A stretch of DNA of 64,000 bases from an uncultured delta proteobacterium (GTDB lineage: Bacteria; Myxococcota_A; Polyangia; Polyangiales; Polyangiaceae): contig CAVOKF010000005.1 in assembly GCA_963696385.1 (NCBI GenBank), forward strand, positions 32,001 to 96,000, read 5' to 3'. A model generated the notes under the pieces. That model made no database searches. It saw only the letters and a program-made list of their open reading frames with translations, and was not told the origin of the DNA. Below, piece by piece: positions 9,594 through 21,105 of this stretch. The position numbers and the translations under genes are program-made. Each line of letters begins with the position of its first letter. Position 1 is the stretch's first letter.

Positions 9594-10694
9594 GGCGCCG
9601 GCACTGGCATCGCCGCCTTTGGTGAAGCTCGCCACGACGGCGAGCGGCACCCAGAGCGTAAAGAGCAGTGGGGTGCACCGAGCGATCATTGCGAGCGCGC
9701 GAACGCCCGTGGCGGGCGTGCCGTCGCGACGGATCACGACGACCGCGTGGCCCCGACGGATGCCGTCGGGTGTCCAAGGTCGCACGTCGAAGCGGGCAAG
9801 CCAATCGAGCAGAGATACGGCGCGCGACAGCAACCGACCCCGGAGCCGGGACCGGTCATAGTAGAGCTTTCGCGCGCGGACGTCGGGCGTCGAGAAGAGT
9901 GCGTAGATCGCCAGCGTGAGCCACGTGAAGCCTTCGACTCGGCTGGTCGCCTCGATCAGTAGGTGGAACCAGACGCCCCACCAGAGTGCGACCACGCGTA
10001 AATGGTGGGACCAAAGACCGATGACGAGGAGAAGCTCGGTCGCGATGGCAAGCTTTGCAAGAACGTTCGCGACCTCGGGGCGCATCGCCCAATCCACCAG
10101 TGATGCGGGCACTCTCGGATCGATCCCCTGCTCAGCCGAAAGCAGCATTCGCTCGAGTAGAACGCGGCCGTCTCGCCAGTCGGCATCGAGAAGCTTCGAC
10201 GTACCGGACGCGACGTAGATGAGACACAGCTGGATCTGAGCGAGACGCGCAGCCCACATAGGTGCGATCCGCGTTCCGACGACGGTACCGGCGACGTAAA
10301 ACGACCGATCGCACGGGGCGAAAGAAAGCAGGAGCGCATAACAATAAAGCGCGTAACGATTGTGATGAAATTGCAATCGGTCACACAATAGAACATACGC
10401 CCCAAGCGCTGCACTCACCGCGAGCGCGGCCCTCGCGCGATGCCCTGCGACGACCAGCGCCGAGAGCAGCACCTGGGTGGCGACGACAACCCCGTATATT
10501 GTCCTCGAAGGGACCATAGCCTGCGGGATCATCGGCCAATGGAATCTGTCGCCGAAATACCCGTCCTGCAGTTCGTGCGCCGCCCGCAACGCGTTCGCGA
10601 AAAGAAGTATGCCCAACGCGACGCGGACGGCTCCGAGCACGTAGGTGTCGCCCAGTTCGTCGCGCCACCGTTTGATACTTTCGCGCAGCATCAC
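9591..10694 (-). CDS. HTTM-domain (vitamin K-dependent carboxylase-like) membrane protein with C-terminal DCC1-like domain
   Basis: 'GAVRVALG', 'FHHNRY', 'QIQLCLIYVASGTSKLLDADWRDG', 'GVWFHLLI'; C-terminal 'LYYD...LDWLARF...DG...TGVRAL'. Confidence 0.8.
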   Translation of the reverse strand: MMLRESIKRWRDELGDTYVLGAVRVALGILLFANALRAAHELQDGYFGDRFHWPMIPQAMVPSRTIYGVVVATQVLLSALVVAGHRARAALAVSAALGAYVLLCDRLQFHHNRYALYCYALLLSFAPCDRSFYVAGTVVGTRIAPMWAARLAQIQLCLIYVASGTSKLLDADWRDGRVLLERMLLSAEQGIDPRVPASLVDWAMRPEVANVLAKLAIATELLLVIGLWSHHLRVVALWWGVWFHLLIEATSRVEGFTWLTLAIYALFSTPDVRARKLYYDRSRLRGRLLSRAVSLLDWLARFDVRPWTPDGIRRGHAVVVIRRDGTPATGVRALAMIARCTPLLFTLWVPLAVVASFTKGGDASAGA

Positions 10695-11158
10695 TTAACT
10701 CGCCGGGATCGACTGAACAGGGTCACCGGCGATGGCTCCCGGCCATTCTTACGCACGAGCATGTCCGCGCGAAGGCGAATTGTTTCGTCGTCGCCTTCGA
10801 GGTGTTCGGTAACGTCGTCGAGGGCGCGCTGCAAGCGAGCGATTTCGGCGTCGACGCCGTAGGAGGCGAAGACGCGCGCGTCGATCGAGCCCAGAACCGG
10901 GTCCCGGATGCGGTCTCGCCATGAAAAATGGCGGAGCTGTCCGGACTTTGAGCGCGCGCTCCACTCGCCCCGTGGCGCCGGAAAGGTCGCGGCCGACGTC
11001 ACGCGGGACAGGTGTATCTCGAGGGTCGAAGCCTCCGGAAACATACGGAAGCCGAATATGTGGTCGCTCCGGCCACCCGCAGAGACGACGAGCGCGGACT
11101 GCGCGGCGATCCAGCAGGCGCCGAACACTACGCGCGCGCGCGGGCCGATGTGCAACAC
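10691..11158 (-). CDS. Hypothetical membrane-anchored protein, probable HTTM partner
   Basis: N-terminal TM followed by 'FGFRMF'; stop overlaps the HTTM start; GTG start at 11158 inferred. Confidence 0.65.
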   Translation of the reverse strand: MLHIGPRARVVFGACWIAAQSALVVSAGGRSDHIFGFRMFPEASTLEIHLSRVTSAATFPAPRGEWSARSKSGQLRHFSWRDRIRDPVLGSIDARVFASYGVDAEIARLQRALDDVTEHLEGDDETIRLRADMLVRKNGREPSPVTLFSRSRRVK

Positions 11159-11712
11159 CCGGCCGACGCTACTAGAATAGCCGCCGTTTGGCGGCCGATT
11201 TCCGTTGGCGCACTCGAGCATGTCACGATTACAGGACCGAGTGCCCACGAACTTCGCGAATCGCCGTGTGCTTGACGCTTCTCGGCTGCGGTCGGTCGCC
11301 GGAGCCGCCTCGCAAGGAGCCTGCCCCGACGTTGCCATATCGCCCAAGCGGGAGCAGCGCGGCGCGGCCGCCCCGATCAGCACCCGCCGTTGTGCAGCCT
11401 AGAACCCAAAGCGGGGTGGTCGCGTCGCGAGATGTTGTTCGGAGCGGAGCCTCACTCGCTTGTGACCCATCGGGGTCCGACTTCCGCCGCGGCCGGCCTT
11501 CACCTCTCGCGTCGATGCGGTTCGGCAGCCTCGAAGGCGCGAGCCCGCTGGCGCGTGAGTTGCGAATCGCTCGGGGCCCTCGATCTTGCTTGCTTGCGAC
11601 GATTGGCGCGCGAGCCGAGACGTGCGCGCGAGCCAGGAATCAGGCGAACGTTGCTGCGCGAGAGCGTCGGTCGGGGGCCCGCGCGAGATGTCGGGATCTT
11701 CTCGTGCGCGCT

Positions 11713-12387
11713 TCACGTCCGTCGAGCGTCGCTTTTCGCCGACCTGTCGGCAGTCACCGCCCGCCCACGGCGTCGCGCAAGCTCTGCCAGCACGCGCCGC
11801 AAGGCGATCGATCGCGAACGAAGGCCGACCAAGAGTTGATAGATGGTTTCGGCCGCTTCGGATACGACGCGATCATCGCTCTCGCTATCCAGCGCACGCG
11901 CCAGCGCGCCTGCCTCTTCGACGATTCTGGACGCTGCGTCCGACGGTGCACCGCCGATGGCGCGCGGCGGTTGGCTCCCCCCGCCGCCCGCCCTTTTCGG
12001 CGACGCAATCGTTGCCTCCAAAGAGGCGAGCAAGGTCTGCGGTTGCTCGCTCGCTTGCCAAAGTCGGTCGCCGTCGAGGGCCTGAAAGAAACAGCTCGGA
12101 GCTCCCGAATGGCACGACGGCCCGTTCGGCTCGCTCGAATAGATCACACAGTCGGCGTCGCAATCTGCAAGCACCCGGACGACAGGCGTTTCATAGCCGC
12201 TGGCGCGTCCCTTTTGCCAGAGTTCGCCGCGCGAGCGGCTCCAGAAAGTGGCGCTGCCCGTCTCCACCGTCTTGCGGACAGCGGCGTCTGTGGCGAACGC
12301 GAACATCCGGATCTCGCCCGTGAGATGATCCTGCACGATGGCGGGGACGAGCCCCAACGAATCGAACTTGAGAGGCAACGTAGGCAT
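11713..12387 (-). CDS. hisIE: Bifunctional phosphoribosyl-AMP cyclohydrolase / phosphoribosyl-ATP diphosphatase (HisE part divergent)
   Basis: 'GLVPAIVQD', 'FWSRSRGELWQKG', 'DCDAD', 'CHSGAPSCF'; C-terminal HisE-like helices. Confidence 0.9.
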   Translation of the reverse strand: MPTLPLKFDSLGLVPAIVQDHLTGEIRMFAFATDAAVRKTVETGSATFWSRSRGELWQKGRASGYETPVVRVLADCDADCVIYSSEPNGPSCHSGAPSCFFQALDGDRLWQASEQPQTLLASLEATIASPKRAGGGGSQPPRAIGGAPSDAASRIVEEAGALARALDSESDDRVVSEAAETIYQLLVGLRSRSIALRRVLAELARRRGRAVTADRSAKSDARRT

Positions 12388-12874
12388 CGTGGTCCGCAGC
12401 TTACACCCGGGCCGGACGGTACTGCGAAGCGCCTGCATGGGCGCTCGTGTGACGACAACGTCACGCAACCGAACGGATACATGGGCGCAACACCCGATGG
12501 GGTCCAGGGAGTCCGTTTCGCTCACGCGCCCACGAGTGCATCGGTCAACATGTCGCACCGATGACCTCGGCGCCGAGCGGCGTCGGATGGGTAAGGTCGC
12601 CGCCGGCGAGCTGCGGGCGCACCCTGAACCCTCGCGCCATCGATCCCGCTCCACCCATCGCGTCGAATGTGCGCGAAAACGCCGCACCGTGCGCGAACGC
12701 GACCCGGAATCGCGAGGACCTCCGGCATCACGAGCAGCGTGCGCACGTTCTTTCCAAGACCGATCGGCGACCGGCCCTCGGCGCCGCCCCGACGCGGGGG
12801 GGACCCAATCGCGACGCAGAACGTAGGACGACGCTCAGACGGATCCACGACGCGTGGTAGCTTAGGCGCAACCC

Positions 12875-14299
12875 ATGACTCGCGTTCGGTTCGCGCCATC
12901 GCCGACGGGATATCTGCACATCGGCGGGGTGCGCACGGCACTATTCAATTGGCTATGGGCCCGAAAAACCGGCGGAGCGTTCGTTCTGCGCGTCGAGGAC
13001 ACGGACCGCGAGCGAAGCACGATGGAAAGCGTACGCGTCATCCTCGAATCGATGAAGTGGCTTGGCCTCGATTGGGACGAGGGGCCCGAGGTCGGGGGTC
13101 CCCATGGGCCGTACACGCAAATGCAGCGGCTCCCGATTTACGACCACTATGCCAGGCGGCTCGTTAGCGAAGGAAAGGCGTATCGCTGCTACTGTTCAAA
13201 GGAGCAGCTCGAGGCTCAGCGGGGCGAGTTGAGGGCGCGCGACCCGAAGGCCACGTTCAAATACCCCGGCACATGCCGATGGCGTAGCGACGCGCCGAAC
13301 CTTCCGTTCGTCGTTCGGCTCAAGGCCCCCCAAGGCGGCAGCGTCACGTACATCGACGAGATATTCGGCGAAATAACGACGCCGAACGCCTCCCAACAGG
13401 ACTTCGTTCTGCTGCGGTCAGACGGCGTGCCCCTCTACAATTTCGGCGCCGTGGTGGACGATGTCACGATGGGGATAACACTCGTGGCAAGGGGTCGGGA
13501 TCACATGGTGAACACGCCCCCGCAGATTCTGATTTACGAGGCCCTCGGCCTACAGCCACCGGCGTTTGCGCATCTTCCGATGATGCTGGCAGTCAACGGT
13601 GAAAAACTGAGCAAGCGGCATGGCGCGGTCAGCGTTGGGGAGTACCGCGATCTGGGGTATTCGCCCCACGCAGTGCTCAACTATTTGGCGCGATTCGGCT
13701 GGTCCCACGGCGACCGGGAAGTCTTCTCAATCCACGAGCTAGTCGAGGCATTTGACTGGGCCGACTGCAACAGGAGCGACGGCAAGTTCGACGGGAAGAA
13801 GCTGCTCGCGACCAATCATGAGCACCTGAAGTCGGTCCGGTTGACGAGCGACGAAGAGTACGCGGACCGGACGCGGCCGTTTCTCCAGGCGCGAGGACTT
13901 GATGTCGATCGAGATCGCGTGCGCGAAGCGGTCTGGCTCATTCGCGAGCGAGCGACCACGTTCGCCGACGCCGCTGATCGGCTCGACTTCGTTTTTCGTG
14001 AGCCGCCGCATTTCGATCCCGCCGCGGCGTCCAGGTTCTTGGTCGCTTCGAACGCGGCGCGCCTTCAGGAACTCACCGACGTCGTGGCGGGTGTTGAATC
14101 TTGGACGGTTCCGGTGCTTGAGGTGGTGATTCAAGCCTGGCTGAGCGCAAGCAGTTTGTCCATCAAGGACGTGGCGCAGCCTGCTCGTGTCGCGCTCACT
14201 GGTCGCGCGGCGAGCCCAGGCCTCTACGAGGTCATGGTGGCGCTCGGACGTGAGCGCACCCTCGAGAGACTGCGATCCGCTGCGAGGGCCGGCGCTTAG
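12875..14299 (+). CDS. gltX: Glutamate--tRNA ligase
   Basis: 'RFAPSPTGYLHIGG', 'LRVEDTD', 'YRCYC', 'KLSKRHG'. Confidence 0.97.
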   Translation: MTRVRFAPSPTGYLHIGGVRTALFNWLWARKTGGAFVLRVEDTDRERSTMESVRVILESMKWLGLDWDEGPEVGGPHGPYTQMQRLPIYDHYARRLVSEGKAYRCYCSKEQLEAQRGELRARDPKATFKYPGTCRWRSDAPNLPFVVRLKAPQGGSVTYIDEIFGEITTPNASQQDFVLLRSDGVPLYNFGAVVDDVTMGITLVARGRDHMVNTPPQILIYEALGLQPPAFAHLPMMLAVNGEKLSKRHGAVSVGEYRDLGYSPHAVLNYLARFGWSHGDREVFSIHELVEAFDWADCNRSDGKFDGKKLLATNHEHLKSVRLTSDEEYADRTRPFLQARGLDVDRDRVREAVWLIRERATTFADAADRLDFVFREPPHFDPAAASRFLVASNAARLQELTDVVAGVESWTVPVLEVVIQAWLSASSLSIKDVAQPARVALTGRAASPGLYEVMVALGRERTLERLRSAARAGA

Positions 14300-14315
14300 T
14301 CCTATCGCTTGCAAA

Positions 14316-16010
<1,695 letters not shown>

Positions 16011-16098
16011 GGAAATCTCGCGTGCGCCATCCTACTCTGCCTGCCGCCGACGCGCCCGCGAAGCTGAGCTACGCGCGACGGGGGACGGCTTCGACTCG

Positions 16099-16983
16099 GT
16101 GCTTGCTTTGCTCAAGGCGATCGTCCCTATTCCAGCGCTCCTGGTCCTCTTGCCGGCCTTGTGGTGGTTTTTCCGTGACACATGGAGGGAGCTCGACCAC
16201 GAAGCGACGATATGGCGTTCAACGTTGGCCGTCGACGGACGCTCCGACTATCGCCCGTTCGTTGCGCTCGCAATCTGCGCGGTCGTCCTAACGCTGCAGG
16301 ATTACTACGGAGGTCGGGTCGCGTACGACGATGCCTTGCGACCATGGCTCGCTCACTTGGAAATTGGGCACCCGCGATTGATTCGCCTGTTCAAGTACGA
16401 CACTCTGTACGGATTCGGATGGTGGGCGTTCACGCGCGTACTGGGATATGTCGCGCCGCTCGCCGTTTGGAAGCTTTTCTTTCCGAACGACTCATTGCTC
16501 GACATGGGATTTCGGGTCCGCGGCTTCTTCGAACACGCATGGATCTATGGGCTATTTTTGGTTCTCGTGCTGCCGGTCATGTTCCTCGTTTCGCGGCAGC
16601 CGGATTTCGGCTCGTACTACCCCTTCTACCGAGAAAGCTCGCGCTCTTGGTTCGATCTCTTGGTTTGGGAGGCGATCTACTTCGTTCAATTCTTTGCCCT
16701 TGAAGTTTTCTTTCGCGGGTTCTGGCTCGGGGCCCTTCGGCGGAGCTTCGGATCAGGTGCCATCTTCGCTATGGCCGTTCCCTATTGCATGATCCACTAC
16801 GGAAAGCCATTCCTCGAGGCGAACGGCGCGATCGTCGCGGGCATTGCGCTCGGTTCGTTGAGTATGAAGACCAAGAGCATTTATCAGGGCTTTCTAGTTC
16901 ACATTACGGTTGCCGGAATGATGGATTGGTTGGCACTCTGGCATCGCCACGCGCTGCCCAAAATTTTCTGGCCAGCCGGTTAG
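16099..16983 (+). CDS. CPBP (CAAX/Abi) family intramembrane protease
   Basis: Multiple TM helices; 'EVFFRG', 'IHYGKP', 'GFLVH'; start approximate. Confidence 0.85.
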   Translation: MLALLKAIVPIPALLVLLPALWWFFRDTWRELDHEATIWRSTLAVDGRSDYRPFVALAICAVVLTLQDYYGGRVAYDDALRPWLAHLEIGHPRLIRLFKYDTLYGFGWWAFTRVLGYVAPLAVWKLFFPNDSLLDMGFRVRGFFEHAWIYGLFLVLVLPVMFLVSRQPDFGSYYPFYRESSRSWFDLLVWEAIYFVQFFALEVFFRGFWLGALRRSFGSGAIFAMAVPYCMIHYGKPFLEANGAIVAGIALGSLSMKTKSIYQGFLVHITVAGMMDWLALWHRHALPKIFWPAG

Positions 16984-16995
16984 ACTGGATTTACA

Positions 16996-17493
16996 CTACA
17001 CTTCGAGCGATCCGAGCGCGTTCGCGAGAGCGCGGGCACGCACGGCATTTCGCAGCGGGCCGTCGTAGAGGGCGCGAAGGGCGTTGAGTGACGCACGGGC
17101 GGCTCCGCGAGAAGGGCCCGTCCACGAACCGATGATAGCCAGGTGTCGCCAGAGGAGGGACTCAAGCGCTCGAGGTCGTGATGCGAGCGCCGCCGCGGCG
17201 CGCTGAACCACCTCGACGGATTGTGGATCGCTTCGCATTGCGCGAAGGTAGAGTGCTACCGCACTCGGTACCCCGACCACTCTTCTGGCCTTGACATCGG
17301 CGGCGTCGCACAGCGCGAGTGCGCGGGACGGGGCGTCGGCCGCCGCCGAGATCCGAGCCTGCGCCTCGCGCAAGGCTTCGCGTCGGGCGCGTCGGGGCCG
17401 CCCCCATCCGCGGGGCGCGGGACGAACTCGCCAGAGGAGCCAGGCGAGAAAGGCGCCAATGGCGAGGGTGAGAGGAATCGACCAGTCTTGCAT
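16996..17493 (-). CDS. Hypothetical protein with N-terminal TM anchor and helical domain
   Basis: 'MQDWSIPLTLAIGAFLAWLLWR' followed by Ala/Arg-rich TPR-like helices. Confidence 0.6.
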   Translation of the reverse strand: MQDWSIPLTLAIGAFLAWLLWRVRPAPRGWGRPRRARREALREAQARISAAADAPSRALALCDAADVKARRVVGVPSAVALYLRAMRSDPQSVEVVQRAAAALASRPRALESLLWRHLAIIGSWTGPSRGAARASLNALRALYDGPLRNAVRARALANALGSLEV

Positions 17494-17572
17494 TGGAGTG
17501 TGACGAAAGCCTACCCCGGCTATCTTGCGGCGAGCCGTCCTTCTTGGCACCCTTTGATGAAGGAGATTCGGG

Positions 17573-18214
17573 TTGGTGCAAGCCGTTCGCGCTGCTGTCG
17601 TGTTCGTCGCACTCGTCCTGCCGGCGGTCGCCCGAGGGGACATCTATACTTATACAGACGGCGACGGAACGGTTCACTTCACCAACAGCCCCGCGGGCGA
17701 TAAACGCTATCGGGTCTACATTCGCGGCAATGGTTGGCAAAAAACATCGCCTGCTCCTGGTGTGATTCCGGTCCCAGCGAGCGACCACGATGTCACGCGC
17801 TTCACTCGTTACGACGAATGGATCCATGAAGCCGCCACGCTCTACCAGATTCCCGAGCAGCTCGTACGCGCTGTCATTCGTTGCGAAAGCGACTACGATC
17901 CGCGCGCCGTCAGCGTCTCTGGTGCACGTGGCCTGATGCAGTTGATGCCCGATACGGCGTTCATGATGCAAGTGCGCGATATCGATGACCCCCGGGAGAA
18001 TATTTACGGGGGCACCCGGCTCTTGCGCGTCTTAGCAAACGAATTCAATGGTGACCTCGAGCTTACCGTCGCGGCGTACAATGCGGGCGATGGCGCGGTC
18101 ATCCGGTCCGGTGGAATCCCGCCGTTTGTGGAGACGCGCGACTATGTCCTCAACGTAACGCGGTACTACCGCCGGTACCGAAGCATTCTTGACCCAGCCG
18201 AGGCCAGCCAGTAG
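17573..18214 (+). CDS. Lytic transglycosylase (DUF4124-like N-terminus plus SLT domain)
   Basis: Signal peptide, 'DIYTYTDGDGTVHFTN', 'ESDYDPRAVS', 'GLMQLMP', 'AAYNAG', 'ETRDYV'. Confidence 0.92.
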   Translation: MVQAVRAAVVFVALVLPAVARGDIYTYTDGDGTVHFTNSPAGDKRYRVYIRGNGWQKTSPAPGVIPVPASDHDVTRFTRYDEWIHEAATLYQIPEQLVRAVIRCESDYDPRAVSVSGARGLMQLMPDTAFMMQVRDIDDPRENIYGGTRLLRVLANEFNGDLELTVAAYNAGDGAVIRSGGIPPFVETRDYVLNVTRYYRRYRSILDPAEASQ

Positions 18215-18326
18215 CGGTCGGCCTGCAGTGTTGGGCCTCAGCTTGCGCGGGCACCCCAAGCTTGGTAGGTTGCGCGCCCGTTTTTCCGCGCAAGTCATCT
18301 CGCGCACCCTTGAAAGGATTGAGTCC

Positions 18327-18818
18327 ATGCCCGCGACAACGCCGCTTGCACGCATGAAGGAAGGATTTGGCGACAAATCCAAACTGGTCGAAGCCGTCGA
18401 GAAGCTCACCGGCGATGGACTCTGGGTCGCGCGCACCAATGAAAAAAAAGGGCTTGCCTACGTCTCGAATGCGAAACTTCTGCGACTACATAGCACGTTC
18501 ACTGAAGTGAAGGAAAAGTTCGGCTCGCGCGAAAAGCTCGTCGAGGCAATTCTCGAGCTAGAGAATCGCACTCAAGACCCTGGGCTGAAGCAGAAGCTTT
18601 CAACCTGGCCCGTCCCACGCCTCTTCGATGCGTATCTCTCGGCAGCGAAGCGCAACGCGAGAAAGGCTCGGCAGCAGCAAGCGGGAGGGTCGGTCGAGTC
18701 CGCGTCGAAAGCCGCGAGTGGCACGGGGCAAACGAAGCCCGCCGCCGTGCGCGCATCGGCCCGCGAATCTCGAACGAGTCACCCGACTCGTCCGCGAGTC
18801 GAGAAGCCTGGCCGCTGA
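18327..18818 (+). CDS. Hypothetical basic protein with internal repeat
   Basis: Repeated 'KEGFGDKSKLVEAV' / 'KEKFGSREKLVEAI'; low-complexity basic tail. Confidence 0.7.
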   Translation: MPATTPLARMKEGFGDKSKLVEAVEKLTGDGLWVARTNEKKGLAYVSNAKLLRLHSTFTEVKEKFGSREKLVEAILELENRTQDPGLKQKLSTWPVPRLFDAYLSAAKRNARKARQQQAGGSVESASKAASGTGQTKPAAVRASARESRTSHPTRPRVEKPGR

Positions 18819-18935
18819 GTGGCGACCATTTCGTTTTTCGCTCGTTCGACACACTGAAACGAGTAACGTGGCGGCCGCGCTAGCGGCCGTTGGCGAGCCG
18901 TGTTCGATAGCGCCAGTTGGAGGCATCGCAAAGCG

Positions 18936-19541
18936 ATGAAGGTGGATAAGGACAAGATCGTCGTCGGAGACAGTGGCTATCCGGTCATGCACGAGATGTT
19001 CGTGCCGAAGGCGATATTCTTCACCAACGGCGTTGGAGTTCACAAGGATCGCCTTTCGTCTTTCGAGCTCGCCCTGCGCGACGCCGGTATCGAGAAAGCG
19101 AACCTCGTCACCGTCAGCTCGATCTTTCCGCCTCGATGCAAAGAAATGAGCCGCAAAGAGGGCGAAAAGCTCATTATGCCCGGTCAAATCGTGCACTGCG
19201 TGATGGCACGGCAAGACACCAACGAACCGAATCGGCTCATCGCTGCTGCAATCGGCCTCGCGCGCCCTGCTGACAAGGACCGTTACGGATATTTGTCCGA
19301 GCACCATAGCTACGGTGAGACCGCGAGAAAGGCGGGCGACTACGCCGAGGACCTCGCAGCAACGATGCTAGCGACCACGCTCGGGATCGAATTCGACCCC
19401 GAGAAGGCCTGGAACGAGCGCGAGCAGGTCTTCCGGCTCGAAAAGACGATCTTGAAGACGCGCAATATCGTCCAGAGCGCTGAAGGTCATCCCAAGGGTA
19501 CGTGGTCAACCGTCATCGCCTTGGGGGTCTTCATTTTTTAG
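18936..19541 (+). CDS. pdaD: Pyruvoyl-dependent arginine decarboxylase
   Basis: '[23 protein letters not shown]' with the Ser-Ser self-cleavage site; 'YGYLSEHH'. Confidence 0.92.
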   Translation: MKVDKDKIVVGDSGYPVMHEMFVPKAIFFTNGVGVHKDRLSSFELALRDAGIEKANLVTVSSIFPPRCKEMSRKEGEKLIMPGQIVHCVMARQDTNEPNRLIAAAIGLARPADKDRYGYLSEHHSYGETARKAGDYAEDLAATMLATTLGIEFDPEKAWNEREQVFRLEKTILKTRNIVQSAEGHPKGTWSTVIALGVFIF

Positions 19542-19597
19542 GTCTTCCGGCATGCTTCCCGGGTCGAGGTGCCGCGCGTACGAGTCGATGGGTCGGC

Positions 19598-19864
19598 TCA
19601 GTCGGAACGACCGTAGACCTCGTCGATGACGCGTTTGAGCCGAACCCCATAAACGATGGCGAACGTGTCGCGGCTGCCGGGGAAGAGTTCCTCGGCGCGG
19701 GCCGCGACGGCGTCTACGATGGCTTCCGCGTCGCCCCGTGTCACATCGCCCGCACGAATGGTGATCTCGGCCCAATCGACCGCGCGGCGAAGCAAATAGA
19801 CGCGTTTGGTCTCCTCGCGACCCTCCGGGCTCCGCAGGATCTGGATGGCCTCCTCGAGCGTCAT
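19598..19864 (-). CDS. Small helical hypothetical protein (88 aa)
   Basis: ATG 14 nt after the stop of the ATP-grasp gene; 'LFPG..TF.IVY..RL.R.I.E.Y' pattern. Confidence 0.7.
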   Translation of the reverse strand: MTLEEAIQILRSPEGREETKRVYLLRRAVDWAEITIRAGDVTRGDAEAIVDAVAARAEELFPGSRDTFAIVYGVRLKRVIDEVYGRSD

Positions 19865-19877
19865 CCTCGCCCGTAAA

Positions 19878-21014
19878 CTATAGCGATCGCCGCGCGCCTG
19901 ATCGAGTCGACGCCTGAATCTCAGCGGGCTCGCCAAGCCGTCGCCGCCGCAGCGCGTAGCGCACCAAAAGGCGGACGAGTGCGGCGAAGTCGATTCCGAC
20001 GACCGCTGCGGCGCGGGCGATCCCCGCGTTCGGCGACAAGTCGCAATTGGGGTTCACGTCGACGACGTAGGGAATGCCACTCGATGCGAGGCGAATGTCC
20101 ACGCGGCCGTAGTCCCGCACGCCGACGGCGCGGAACGCCTCCGAGGCCACTCTGCGAACGCGGGCCGCGACCGCAGTCGGGAGAATCGGGTGCATGACGG
20201 GCACGGTCCCCAGATCGTCGACTGAGCCGATCGTCCATTTGGCGTCGTAGGAAACGATGCGCGGTGCGTCGGGCGGCAGTGCCGTGAAGTCGATCTCGCT
20301 CAGCGGGAGCACGCGTGGCGTGGGATGTCCGAGCAGTGCGACGTTGAACTCGCGACCATCGATAAACTGCTCCACGAGGCACGGCTGCCGCAATTTTGTG
20401 ACGACTGCATGCACCGCCCGCGAGAGCTCAGCGGAGCTGCCCACCACGCTCGTTGGCGCAATGCCAACCGACCCGTCCTCGCGCACTGGCTTGACGATCA
20501 GCGGGAATGCCAGATCGCACGGCTCGCCCGCGCTTGCGAGGACGCGCCCTGCGGGAGTTGGAATTCCCGCCTCTTCCAGGCGCTGCTTCACTCGATCCTT
20601 TCGAAGCGCAAAGCTCAGCACCTCCGGCGGCGATCCGGTGTACGGGATCCCGAGAAGACCGAGAAAGAGCGGCACGGCGCTCTCGAGCCTGGCATCGCCG
20701 GCAAGCGACTCGCACAGGTTGAATGCGCAGTCGACGTCGAGGTCCGCAAGGCGAGTCCTTAGACCCACGAGATCACCGTCGACCGGGACCAGGTGCGCCT
20801 CGTAGCCCGTTCCGGTCAGCGCACTTGCCACACTGGTAGCGACGAAGCGCACCTCCGCGCGCGCCGCCCACGCGGGATCCACTTCAGGGCAGCCGTCCTC
20901 GTAGTCGACATTATGCAGGACCGCCACGCGCTTGGTTGCGCGGTTGCGCTTCGATGGAGGCCGCCGATCCGAGGTCGTTTGAGCCGGAGCGGCTGGAGGC
21001 AACTCGAACATCAT
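19878..21014 (-). CDS. D-Ala--D-Ala ligase-like ATP-grasp protein
   Basis: 'FNLCE', 'IPYTGS', 'PLIVKPVREDGSVGI', 'VEQFIDGRE', 'YDAKW', 'GRVDIR', 'DVNPN'; lacks the N-terminal GGxSxE of true Ddl. Confidence 0.85.
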   Translation of the reverse strand: MMFELPPAAPAQTTSDRRPPSKRNRATKRVAVLHNVDYEDGCPEVDPAWAARAEVRFVATSVASALTGTGYEAHLVPVDGDLVGLRTRLADLDVDCAFNLCESLAGDARLESAVPLFLGLLGIPYTGSPPEVLSFALRKDRVKQRLEEAGIPTPAGRVLASAGEPCDLAFPLIVKPVREDGSVGIAPTSVVGSSAELSRAVHAVVTKLRQPCLVEQFIDGREFNVALLGHPTPRVLPLSEIDFTALPPDAPRIVSYDAKWTIGSVDDLGTVPVMHPILPTAVAARVRRVASEAFRAVGVRDYGRVDIRLASSGIPYVVDVNPNCDLSPNAGIARAAAVVGIDFAALVRLLVRYALRRRRLGEPAEIQASTRSGARRSL

Positions 21015-21105
21015 GACTCCGTCGTCCTTCGGTGGGGCGCGCGCCAGCGGGGTGACAACATGCGCCCTTCTTTGCGAATCTACCGGCCTACCGATCTTGG
21101 TCAAG

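Noticed and set aside
11188..12564. 458-aa plus-strand ORF with a lipobox-like 'LLGC'
   Set aside because: Mostly antisense to hisIE, Arg/Ala-rich and without a recognisable domain.
16099..16983. Calling the CPBP protease a myxosortase
   Set aside because: The subfamily cannot be assigned without an HMM search, and no sorting-signal substrate was recognised nearby.
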